Of a stretch of 64,000 nt of DNA, positions 57,117 to 64,000 are shown piece after piece. The position numbers and the translations under genes were made by a program. Source of the DNA: a phage. Position 1 is the first letter of the stretch, and each line of letters begins with the position of its first letter. Under the pieces are notes generated by a model, which was not told the origin of the DNA, ran no database searches, and was given only the letters and a program-made list of their open reading frames with translations. The DNA lies in the sequence record NC_103192.1. One strand, written 5' to 3'.

Positions 57117-57671
57117 ATGAAATACTTTGTAACAAGCGACACACACTTTCTCCACCAGCGGGTAATGGAGTTCGACTCATGTCAAAAACACAGATCTCAG
57201 TATGATCACAATCTTGACAGTATGAATGCGGGAATCATCACCAAGTGGAACTCTGTTGTGTCACCTGCAGACACTGTGTTTCACTTGGGGGATATTGCGT
57301 GCACTAATGATAAGAATATCAACAAATTGCTTCCAGATGTTCTAAATATGTTGAACGGACATATTATTCTTGTTCGTGGTAACCATGACACAAGGACGAC
57401 TGTCAGAATTATGAAAGAGTTCGGTCATGAGGTTGTGGATTATTACGAGCTTCGCCACAACAAGAATTTGATCTGTATGAGCCATTACCAGTTTGCAACG
57501 TGGAACAGAAAGCATCACGGATCAGTCCAACTGTTCGGTCATGCTCACGGAACCACACAACAGTTGTTTGGCAGGCAGTTTGATGTCGGTTGGGATGTGT
57601 GGGGGAGACTCTTACCATTAGAAGAGGCATACCGTGTTGCAATGAGTTTTGCTATTGACAGCGGGGAGTAA
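57117..57671 (+). CDS. Calcineurin-like metallophosphoesterase
   Basis: SDTHF, GDIAC.ND, GNHD motifs in canonical order. Confidence 0.65.
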   Translation: MKYFVTSDTHFLHQRVMEFDSCQKHRSQYDHNLDSMNAGIITKWNSVVSPADTVFHLGDIACTNDKNINKLLPDVLNMLNGHIILVRGNHDTRTTVRIMKEFGHEVVDYYELRHNKNLICMSHYQFATWNRKHHGSVQLFGHAHGTTQQLFGRQFDVGWDVWGRLLPLEEAYRVAMSFAIDSGE

Positions 57672-57718
57672 TCTCCGCTATTTTAAAGAAAATTACCACA
57701 CAAGGAGAATCAGGAGAT

Positions 57719-58069
57719 ATGAAAGATGGGGATAAACTGCCATATCTTAAAGTCCCCCTTGGTATACTGTCTATGTCAAAAGTTTTGAATGACACAACTG
57801 GAGAGGTTGTTGTTCTTGACTTGTATGATAAGATCGTATACTGCTACCTGCACAACTGGTATAAGCTTGGAGGAAATTCACGCTTCACACCCAGCACAAG
57901 GAAAATTGCAGCAGATATTGGGATAAAGAAAACAAAAGCAGCAGCGTGCGTTAAAACTTTAGAATGTGCAGGGGTGGTTGAAACATCCACACAAGGGAGA
58001 GGCAAGAGATGCACATTTTCCAAAGTTTTGCCACCAGAAGAAGTTATTCGAATGTCAACAACTGGTTAG
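57719..58069 (+). CDS. Putative HTH DNA-binding protein (candidate initiator/regulator)
   Basis: RKIAADIGIKKTKAAACVKTLECAGVVE helix-turn-helix-like segment; iteron array immediately downstream. Confidence 0.4.
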   Translation: MKDGDKLPYLKVPLGILSMSKVLNDTTGEVVVLDLYDKIVYCYLHNWYKLGGNSRFTPSTRKIAADIGIKKTKAAACVKTLECAGVVETSTQGRGKRCTFSKVLPPEEVIRMSTTG

Positions 58070-58144
58070 ACCAGTAAAAACTTAAACATCTGTACTATAA
58101 GGATTTGTATGTTTTATGTTCGCTCTGGAACAGAGGTTAGTAAC

Positions 58145-58225
58145 TGTCCGTGATACGGACACTACTGTCCGTCACGCGGACACATCTGTCCGTAATACGG
58201 ACACTAACTGTCCGTGATACGGACA
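58145..58225. repeat. Four 17-bp palindromic iterons (TGTCCGTGATACGGACA and variants) at 21-22 bp spacing
   Basis: Copies at 58145, 58166, 58187, 58209. Confidence 0.85.
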
Positions 58226-58229
58226 CATA

Positions 58230-58345
58230 AAGAATATAACTAAAATAACTAAATAATAAAAAATAAAAGATCTAGTACTTATGGTACTAAAGTACATATA
58301 CTTAACTTATGTAGAATATACTAGATCCTAAGTACCATGTTTTAA
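58230..58345. other. AT-rich tract with short palindromes (candidate DNA unwinding element)
   Basis: Over 80 percent A+T immediately after the iterons; agtacttatggtact palindrome. Confidence 0.45.
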
Positions 58346-58374
58346 ATTTATTACTTATTATGGGTAGTGTCGGC

Positions 58375-58725
58375 CCTTCATTGGCACTCGCCTACGAGGG
58401 GCGAGATGCCGGGCCTCCATAGTGCACACAATAACAGAAGTGCATACATGCAGGACTGTTAACATGTGTGGGAGCGAAGCGATAGCGCAGGCCAAAGGCC
58501 GAGCACTAATGTGGACCACCGACGAAAGCTTGCCAGCGCCGGAAGGAGTCGGTTGAGAGCCTCCCGCGCGAGTTTGGTTAAAGTTTATGTGTGGAAACGG
58601 ACAGGAAGGCTCCTAAATCGCCACACAGCTGCGTAAACTATATCAAGTAAGGCAATCGCACCAGTTTGATAGAAAAGCTCGTTACAAAGCGATACAGTGA
58701 GTTTTTCTATAACTTGAAGAGGAGA
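58375..58725 (+). ncRNA. GC-rich structured non-coding segment (candidate structured RNA or long leader)
   Basis: About 350 nt with multiple complementary GC-rich stems (ctcgcc/ggcgag, ggcc aaa ggcc); no credible ORF. Confidence 0.3.
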
Positions 58726-58730
58726 CAGCT

Positions 58731-59309
58731 ATGAGTTCACGCAAAGATGACCGCGAAAAGATTGCAAAACGTTATCAGAATGAAGAACAGATGGAGAAAA
58801 CTTTCAAGTGGAAGCCGGGTTTCCAGCGTAATCATTCTAACGCTCGTGATCGTAAGCATCCGGATAAGTGGCTAACACCGCCAAAGGATGGCATGCAGGT
58901 TGGTGATGAGAAGGAGCTATCGCCCGGAAAAGATGGCAACTACATTCGCACTAAGGACGCTGGTCCAAAGGATGACAGCTATCTTGTAGATAAGGTTCTT
59001 GATGGTATTGATGTAGATGTTGACACTACACGGAACTTTTTTCTTGGGTGGTATCGCACAGGTTTTTTCGACATCAAGGCCATTCGTCGTGTTTGTGATA
59101 TTAAAAAGTCTGCATATGATGACGACTCGTTACATCGCACCCTGAGACAATATTCAGAAAGATATGGTCATCCGGTTATCACTCTTGACGATGTTAACGA
59201 AGTGATGTATCATGCAGAGGTTGTTGCAGGCAGATTTGGTGATGCATATCTTGATATCCTTTCTGCAAACGATGAGGTAATGTTGAATAAGATTTACTAC
59301 GAGCGTTGA
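58731..59309 (+). CDS. Hypothetical protein (192 aa)
   Basis: SD gaggagacag. Confidence 0.5.
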   Translation: MSSRKDDREKIAKRYQNEEQMEKTFKWKPGFQRNHSNARDRKHPDKWLTPPKDGMQVGDEKELSPGKDGNYIRTKDAGPKDDSYLVDKVLDGIDVDVDTTRNFFLGWYRTGFFDIKAIRRVCDIKKSAYDDDSLHRTLRQYSERYGHPVITLDDVNEVMYHAEVVAGRFGDAYLDILSANDEVMLNKIYYER

Positions 59310-59319
59310 GGAGAGCTTA

Positions 59320-59508
59320 ATGAACAATCCGGTAGCAAAGAATTGTAATAAGTTCAACAAGTCTGCAATTCACACTGACAGGAAAAAGAGCTGGTCACCG
59401 GACATTGACGAGGAGCTTGAGAATTACTTTGAAGATCTGGTTACCAATGCAGGTGAGGTTGCGATTAAAGAATACGCAGACAGGAGGGATAAGGCCGGAA
59501 TCTGTTGA
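59320..59508 (+). CDS. Hypothetical protein
   Basis: SD ggagag; 10 nt after upstream stop. Confidence 0.45.
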   Translation: MNNPVAKNCNKFNKSAIHTDRKKSWSPDIDEELENYFEDLVTNAGEVAIKEYADRRDKAGIC

Positions 59509-59584
59509 CAAAAATAATGTTACCTGATAAGATCTGCAATATGATGTGATACAATTTTAACTTACGAGGTCTACAGGTAATGCT

Positions 59585-59827
59585 ATGTTTAAGGTTAAGC
59601 TCGTTTTCCGTTCCATGAATGAGGATTATTTAGAAGATGAAGGTGAATTTCGTGCACTAGATGATGCAATAGATTTTGCCAACGACTTAGCTTGTATGAA
59701 TACTGGTTATGGTTTATGTTGTTGGGATGGTGGTGTTCAGATTGGTGATAGCAAGATCTTCTACTTCTACCCTGAGCCCGATAACAAACAAATTAAGTAT
59801 GTTTTATTTATTTGTGCTTTACAATGA
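59585..59827 (+). CDS. Hypothetical protein
   Basis: Promoter-like TTGACA at about 59505. Confidence 0.45.
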   Translation: MFKVKLVFRSMNEDYLEDEGEFRALDDAIDFANDLACMNTGYGLCCWDGGVQIGDSKIFYFYPEPDNKQIKYVLFICALQ

Positions 59828-59864
59828 GGTTGTTTTCGTGTATCATGATGAATATCCAATTTAA

Positions 59865-60125
59865 AGATGAGTTTGATGGCTTTATCTCCGGATGCTTTGA
59901 AACAGGGTTCGGAGAAGACTGAGTTCCCCTTAGAGGTCTTGATAGTGCACCACACTTAAAATGGTAGGGGCAGCCAGCACATGACGATGTGACCCCAGCC
60001 AACCTGTAATAAGGTCGAGCCTGAGAGCGGTAATGGGTATAGCTGGAAAACCCACTCGTTGGGTCTTGTTGGTCCAGGACGCTGGGCAAGTCGCAGGGAA
60101 TACCACCCTGCGGCGAACTTGACAA
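59865..60125 (+). ncRNA. Structured non-coding segment (candidate small RNA)
   Basis: GC-rich hairpins (gcaggg aatacca ccctgc; cccc...gggg); only low-complexity overlapping ORFs. Confidence 0.25.
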
Positions 60126-60175
60126 TCAGTATTTGCCGTGATAAAATCCACCTATCACGTGATAATGGAGGAAAC

Positions 60176-60514
60176 ATGGCGGATACAACTAAAAAGCGTC
60201 GCCGTAGAGGCAGACCTCTGAAAGAGGAGTCCAACGCCATTCAGCTAGAGAAGAACATTCTTGATATGAAGGAATCTTTTATAGCGATGGTTCCAGAAGC
60301 TCACAAAGTTTTAAGAGAGCTGATGTTGGACCCGAAAACCAAACAAAATATTCGTCAAAGCATTGCAGAGTATGTTCTTGATAAGGCAGACCGAATGCAG
60401 GAAGAATATGATGAGATGTTTGGTGAAGAGGAAGAGGTGGTAGTAGAAGAGGCTGAAAAACCAGCACCTTTTATGCCATTTACCACAGAAATACAGCCTG
60501 TTGGCAATAGTTAA
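60176..60514 (+). CDS. Hypothetical protein with basic N-terminus and acidic C-terminus
   Basis: Promoter TTGACA, 17 nt, GATAAAAT at about 60120-60150; SD ggaggaaac; KKRRRRGRP motif. Confidence 0.5.
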   Translation: MADTTKKRRRRGRPLKEESNAIQLEKNILDMKESFIAMVPEAHKVLRELMLDPKTKQNIRQSIAEYVLDKADRMQEEYDEMFGEEEEVVVEEAEKPAPFMPFTTEIQPVGNS

Positions 60515-60523
60515 AATATTTTC

Positions 60524-60552
60524 TTGACAAACTTTGCCTAACAGTGTAATAT
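60524..60552 (+). promoter_or_regulatory. Sigma70-like promoter for the tRNA cluster
   Basis: TTGACA, 17 nt, TAATAT. Confidence 0.55.
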
Positions 60553-60600
60553 TATAAACATGGTCTCCCACCTTTTCTGGCGGCTCAGGTGTAAAAGAAA

Positions 60601-60675
60601 GCCACCCAGTGCCCTGTTAGCTTAGTGGATAAAGCAGCGGCCTTCTAAGCCGTTGACACTGGTTCGAGTCCAGTA
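60601..60675 (+). tRNA. tRNA-Arg (anticodon TCT)
   Basis: Hand-folded cloverleaf: acceptor GCCCTGT/ACGGGGT, anticodon loop CTTCTAA, T-loop TTCGAGT, CCA encoded. Confidence 0.7.
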
Positions 60676-60815
60676 CGGGGTGCCAAGTTCTTTTTAATGT
60701 AGCTTACTTTAGCAGAGTAAATCTTCGGCAAGTGGCGGTAACCACTTTACCGATACCTCATAGTTAGTGGTGAGAACACTAGCTATTTTAAAAAGAATTT
60801 AAATATTAGTATTTA

Positions 60816-60903
60816 GGTGAGTTAATTCCGTAGGGGTAGCGGGGCAGACTGTAAATCTGTTATCATTGCGATTCGGGTGGTTCGACTCCATCACTCACCA
60901 CCA
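60816..60903 (+). tRNA. tRNA-Tyr (anticodon GTA), long variable arm
   Basis: Acceptor GGTGAGT/ACTCACC, anticodon arm CAGACTGTAAATCTG as in E. coli tRNA-Tyr, T-loop TTCGACT, CCA. Confidence 0.7.
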
Positions 60904-61017
60904 AATTTATATTTTTAAATGCATAAATCATACAGATAATGGCATTGATATTTATCGTCGTTTATACTAGTCACTAACTGCTCGAAAATCAGTGTCATTA
61001 TCAGTATTGTTTATAAA

Positions 61018-61108
61018 AGAGGGTAGGGAGCAATGGTGCTCAAGCGGTCTTGAAAACCGTCCCGTTGAGGATGACTCGATGATGGTTCGATTCCATTATC
61101 CTCTGCCA
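61018..61108 (+). tRNA. tRNA-Ser (anticodon TGA), long variable arm
   Basis: Acceptor AGAGGGT/ATCCTCT, anticodon arm CGGTCTTGAAAACCG, T-loop TTCGATT, CCA. Confidence 0.7.
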
Positions 61109-61206
61109 TATTGTTGACTATGTAATTAAGCGAAAGCCGGAAGCAGAACCGGATTATCAAATGTTACAGTCGTCATCGCCGACTAGCAACATGGTCAACA
61201 TACTGA

Positions 61207-61305
61207 GCTAGGTAAGCCCTTTGGCAAGGGCGAGGATTTTTAATCCTGAAAATAGACGAGGTAGTCGTTGAATACATAGGTGGTTCGATTCCATCACCTA
61301 GCACC
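61207..61305 (+). tRNA. Atypical tRNA-like element (type II shape, irregular anticodon arm)
   Basis: Acceptor GCTAGGT/ACCTAGC, D-arm GCCC/GGGC, T-loop TTCGATT, long variable arm; anticodon region is either a 5-nt loop or a 4-bp stem with TTTTTAA loop; no CCA. Confidence 0.35.
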
Positions 61306-61310
61306 TTTTT

Positions 61311-61386
61311 GCTGATGTAGCACAATTGGTAGTGCAATTGATTTGTAATCAATAGGTTGCAGGTTCAAGTCCTGCCATCAGCACCA
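61311..61386 (+). tRNA. tRNA-Thr (anticodon TGT)
   Basis: Acceptor GCTGATG/CATCAGC, anticodon loop TTTGTAA, T-loop TTCAAGT, CCA. Confidence 0.75.
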
Positions 61387-61387
61387 T

Positions 61388-61462
61388 GGCCCTGTAGCTG
61401 GAAGGTTCAAGCAAGCGACTCATAATCGCCAGACGGTGGTTCAATTCCACCCAGGGCCACCA
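61388..61462 (+). tRNA. tRNA-Met or Ile2 (anticodon CAT)
   Basis: Acceptor GGCCCTG/CAGGGCC, anticodon loop CTCATAA, T-loop TTCAATT, CCA. Confidence 0.75.
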
Positions 61463-61473
61463 AATAATAAATA

Positions 61474-61550
61474 CTCCGCGTAGCTCAGCTTGGTAGAGTG
61501 CCTGATTTGGGATCAGGAGGTCGAGTGTTCGAATCACTCCGTGGAGACCA
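61474..61550 (+). tRNA. tRNA-Pro (anticodon TGG)
   Basis: Acceptor CTCCGCG/CGTGGAG, anticodon loop TTTGGGA, T-loop TTCGAAT, CCA. Confidence 0.75.
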
Positions 61551-61596
61551 CTTTCAGTTATACTTTAAACATATACAAACAAAAGGAACCTTTAAA

Positions 61597-61866
61597 ATGT
61601 ATACACTTAAAATTGTAGAGCGTGTAAATCCAACCCATACTGTAGATTTTCGTGACGATTTCAATCCTCTGGCTGTAAATCTTCGAGAGTCATATCATGA
61701 ACTCAGCTGCGATGCAGTGGTGGTCTTTTTTGAAGACAACTCTGAAGGGGCGGTAGCTTGTGTTGTTGATAGTGAGCAGAAGTTTTATATTTACAGAGAT
61801 GTGGATGCTTACTTGATGAATGAGAATGCGGTTACTGTCAGAATCATCCACCGAGTGCCTCGATAA
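61597..61866 (+). CDS. Hypothetical protein (89 aa)
   Basis: SD aaaggaacc; start placed downstream of tRNA-Pro. Confidence 0.45.
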   Translation: MYTLKIVERVNPTHTVDFRDDFNPLAVNLRESYHELSCDAVVVFFEDNSEGAVACVVDSEQKFYIYRDVDAYLMNENAVTVRIIHRVPR

Positions 61867-61914
61867 GTATTAGTCTCCTTTTAGTTAGTTTCGATCTATT
61901 TAGGTTACTCAATT

Positions 61915-61952
61915 TTAACCCGCCCCGTTAGCTGTATAGCTGCGGGGTTTTT
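61915..61952 (+). terminator. Rho-independent terminator
   Basis: ccgccccgttagctgtatagctgcgggg hairpin followed by a T-run. Confidence 0.6.
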
Positions 61953-61971
61953 TCGTTTCTGGAGCCTTAAA

Positions 61972-62370
61972 ATGATTTCAGTTTTAACATGGCTGGGTAG
62001 GTATAGAGGGATCATAAAAGGTTTAGTTTTTGCAGCTGCTCTAGGCACAGCATACCTGGGGGCCGTGTATTGGTTTAACTCTAAGCTTAACGCTGCTTAT
62101 CAGGAAGGCGTAACAGCAACAGATTTGAAGTGGGAGCAGATCCTTGACCAGCAACAAAAGCGAGCCGACAGGATTAAAATGGGACATGCCGAGGAGGTGA
62201 AAAACCTTGAAAAATCCCTTTCTGACTTACAGGATAAGCTGGAGGCAGCTAAGATGGCAGGTAAAGAAAAGCAGATTATTTACCTCCAATCACCTGAAGG
62301 TAAGAAGTCAACACTCCCTGATCAGCTTATAGATATTTATAATGAGAGTATCAATCAGGAGGGTCGATGA
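61972..62370 (+). CDS. i-spanin-like protein (Rz-like)
   Basis: N-terminal TM segment plus coiled-coil periplasmic domain; overlaps downstream lipoprotein gene. Confidence 0.55.
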   Translation: MISVLTWLGRYRGIIKGLVFAAALGTAYLGAVYWFNSKLNAAYQEGVTATDLKWEQILDQQQKRADRIKMGHAEEVKNLEKSLSDLQDKLEAAKMAGKEKQIIYLQSPEGKKSTLPDQLIDIYNESINQEGR

Positions 62371-62654
62371 GAGTTGCTACACTATTTATTGTGTGCTTGT
62401 TATTATGTGGGTGTGCAACCAGTGTTGAGAAAGAATACAAGATTGACCCTCCAGATGTAGGAAGGTTGATTGTTAAACCCCCAGAAGGTGCTATGAAACC
62501 ACCTGCTAAAGCTATGCCTTTGAAGAAAGGTGCGCCAGATGCAGTAAATTCTGGCATTATGAGGGATAATAATCTGTCTTGTAGCAATGATAGAGCTAAA
62601 TTGATCATTTTGCAAGACTATATTAGAACACTTTTTCCAAAGGAGAGAGGTTAA
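62367..62654 (+). CDS. o-spanin-like lipoprotein (Rz1-like)
   Basis: Signal with lipobox-like LLCGCAT; proline-rich mature part. Confidence 0.55.
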   Translation: MRVATLFIVCLLLCGCATSVEKEYKIDPPDVGRLIVKPPEGAMKPPAKAMPLKKGAPDAVNSGIMRDNNLSCSNDRAKLIILQDYIRTLFPKERG

Positions 62655-63079
62655 TGTCTAAGATTTACGGACCGTGTTCTGAAAAGCAGAAGATGATCCT
62701 CGAAAACGATGCAGATATTTTGGTAATCGGCGGTGCCGCAGGGTCTGGCAAGTCGTTCCTCTTGCAGTTGATGCCACTTAAAATTATTGATGACCCCCAC
62801 AGCTCTGTGGTTATGTTCCGAAGAACAACCCCACAGTTGGAAGGTGAGGGTGGGCTATGGCCTAAAGCAGTAGCTATTTATAGCGATCTGCCTGAAAACA
62901 TTAAGCCAAAGTTCAGAGAGAAGGATCATAAGTTCATTTTCCCACGGTTTGATCCGGGCACTGGCAAGTGGGATAGAAGCAAAAAGGGAGCTGTTGTAAA
63001 ATACTGCCACATGGAGTATGTACAAGATAAGCTTAACCATCAAGGGCTTGAGTACACCATGGTTTGCTTTGATGAGGGT
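62654..63079 (+). CDS. terL: Terminase large subunit, exon 1 (ATPase N-terminal part)
   Basis: Walker A GGAAGSGKS, Walker B MVCFDEG; reading frame then hits a stop where the intron begins. Confidence 0.7.
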
Positions 63080-63398
63080 TAATTTGTAGCTCTCGTAAAA
63101 CCTCCCTAATTGCGGGGAAATCTTTATTATTGACACCACCAACCTGTCATGGTAACATGACAGAGGCTTCGAAGAGAGATCGAAGGTATGGTAACAGTGT
63201 GTTAATTTAGATAATCCGCAGCGAAGCATCCGAAAGGATGAACGTTCAACGACTAGTCGAAAGACGTAGAATCAAGCGATTCGAAACGGGAGGATAAGCG
63301 GTTGTTGTCGCTTATAAGATATAGTCTGGTCTGCATGGAGACATGCAGCTGCCTGAAAATGGCGGGGCAAGACTAGCGACCTTGCCCGAACATAAACG
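63080..63398 (+). mobile_element. Group I intron (ORF-less) in terminase large subunit gene
   Basis: GTTCAACGACTAGTC and AAGATATAGTC core elements (P7-like), P9-like hairpin; exon 1 ends on U of ggt; frame resumes TQFEWEQIDYLMSRL. Confidence 0.6.
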
Positions 63399-63716
63399 AC
63401 GCAATTCGAATGGGAGCAGATAGACTACCTAATGTCTCGTCTGCGATCTCAGTCAAAGTATCCATCAAGAATGGTTATCAGCTGTAACCCCGACTCAGAA
63501 CACATGCTTGCCAAACTGATTAGGTGGTGGTTGGACGATGAAGGGTATCCAGATCCGGAGAAATGTGGTAAGAAAAGATATTTTATCCGACGCGACGGTG
63601 AATTTATCTGGGGAGACTCTAAGGAAGAGTTAATAGAGAAATACACCACGGTTAACGGACTAGGTGTGGAGATCAAGCCAAGACCGTTGTCATTCTCGTT
63701 CATAGGCGCAACCATT
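63399..63716 (+). CDS. terL: Terminase large subunit, exon 2
   Basis: Continues the ATPase domain (RMVISCNPD region) in frame after the intron; ends at a stop followed by a second intron. Confidence 0.6.
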
Positions 63717-64000
63717 AAATGATAGTGGCTTCGTGCAGAAATGCACGTCGAATAACTTCGTTAATTGCTGGAAAATCCTTTATGAAAGGACAATCAGCAG
63801 CCAAGCCTGAATATTCAGGAAGGTTCAACGACTATCCTGAGAGGGAGTAGGGCGCAAGCTTATGGCGCTCGAAAAGCGAAGCACCCTGAGATGGGTGGTG
63901 ATATAGTCTACTCTGCATGGTAACATGCAGCGGCACGTAATGGTGCGGAGGGTGGTGTTGCGACCACCCTTGAATATAAGGATTCGATAATCCTGTCTGC
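63717..64000 (+). mobile_element. Second group I intron in terminase gene (3' end beyond window)
   Basis: GTTCAACGACTA and GATATAGTC elements and a P9 hairpin closely resembling intron 1 and the nrdD intron. Confidence 0.55.

Noticed and set aside
58145-58225. Possible CRISPR array (four near-identical repeats)
   Set aside because: Repeats are 17-bp palindromes separated by only 4-5 bp, with no spacer-length unique sequences and no cas genes; an iteron or operator array fits better.
59808-60240. Overlapping minus-strand ORFs 59808..60125, 59930..60151, 59956..60240
   Set aside because: Mutually overlapping, low-complexity translations in a structured GC-rich non-coding segment; the real gene 60176..60514 starts after a clear promoter and SD.
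61207-61305. Suppressor tRNA reading a stop codon
   Set aside because: My first fold suggested a TTA anticodon, but recounting shows no canonical 7-nt loop at that register; left as atypical tRNA-like without a codon assignment.
61498-61596. 5' extension of the 61498..61866 ORF
   Set aside because: It overlaps tRNA-Pro; a good SD precedes the internal ATG at 61597, so the CDS was shortened.
1-64000. Integrated prophage or plasmid context (integrase, transposase, attachment sites)
   Set aside because: No integrase, recombinase or transposase motif was recognised in any frame; gene content is that of a virulent phage replication, early and packaging region.

Overview
This window reads as a densely packed fragment of a large virulent dsDNA bacteriophage genome; sigma70-type TTGACA/-10 promoters and a lambda-R-like transglycosylase suggest a Gram-negative host. 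All calls are from reading the ORF translations and the DNA by eye; no database search, tRNA scanner or folding program was run, so product names are motif-level inferences and intron/exon boundaries are approximate (a few nt). Layout: (i) 1-13.4 kb, plus strand: about 35 short early-type genes, most with their own promoter, a GC-hairpin plus CA-rich leader, and a terminator, with unusual repeat blocks at 2.4-3.3 kb; (ii) 13.45-15.9 kb: an ORF-poor region full of inverted and direct repeats; (iii) 16-56.6 kb, minus strand: about 90 co-directional genes, including tandem paralog families of small acidic proteins, a ribosome hibernation factor (HPF) homolog, two N6-adenine DNA methyltransferases, a ClpP-like protease, PhoH, nrdG, nrdD split into three exons by two group I introns carrying HNH endonuclease genes, glutaredoxin, nrdB, nrdA, a ThyX-like protein, a HAD nucleotidase, an intein-interrupted P-loop kinase, a DnaQ-like exonuclease, Endo VII, a RuvC-like resolvase, a FEN/RNase H, a lysozyme, an ATP-dependent ligase, Sir2 and an RNA-ligase-like enzyme; (iv) 56.7-64 kb, plus strand: polynucleotide kinase and metallophosphoesterase (an RNA-repair set with the divergent ligase), an HTH protein followed by four palindromic iterons and an AT-rich tract (candidate origin), GC-rich structured non-coding segments, a cluster of six tRNAs plus one atypical tRNA-like element, a spanin-like pair, and a terminase large subunit gene interrupted by group I introns. 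I cannot single out one element as the undescribed system; the strongest candidates are the RNA-repair module next to the tRNA array, the TARG1/DarG-like macrodomain together with Sir2 and HPF, the duplicated small acidic protein modules, and the two repeat-rich non-coding loci.
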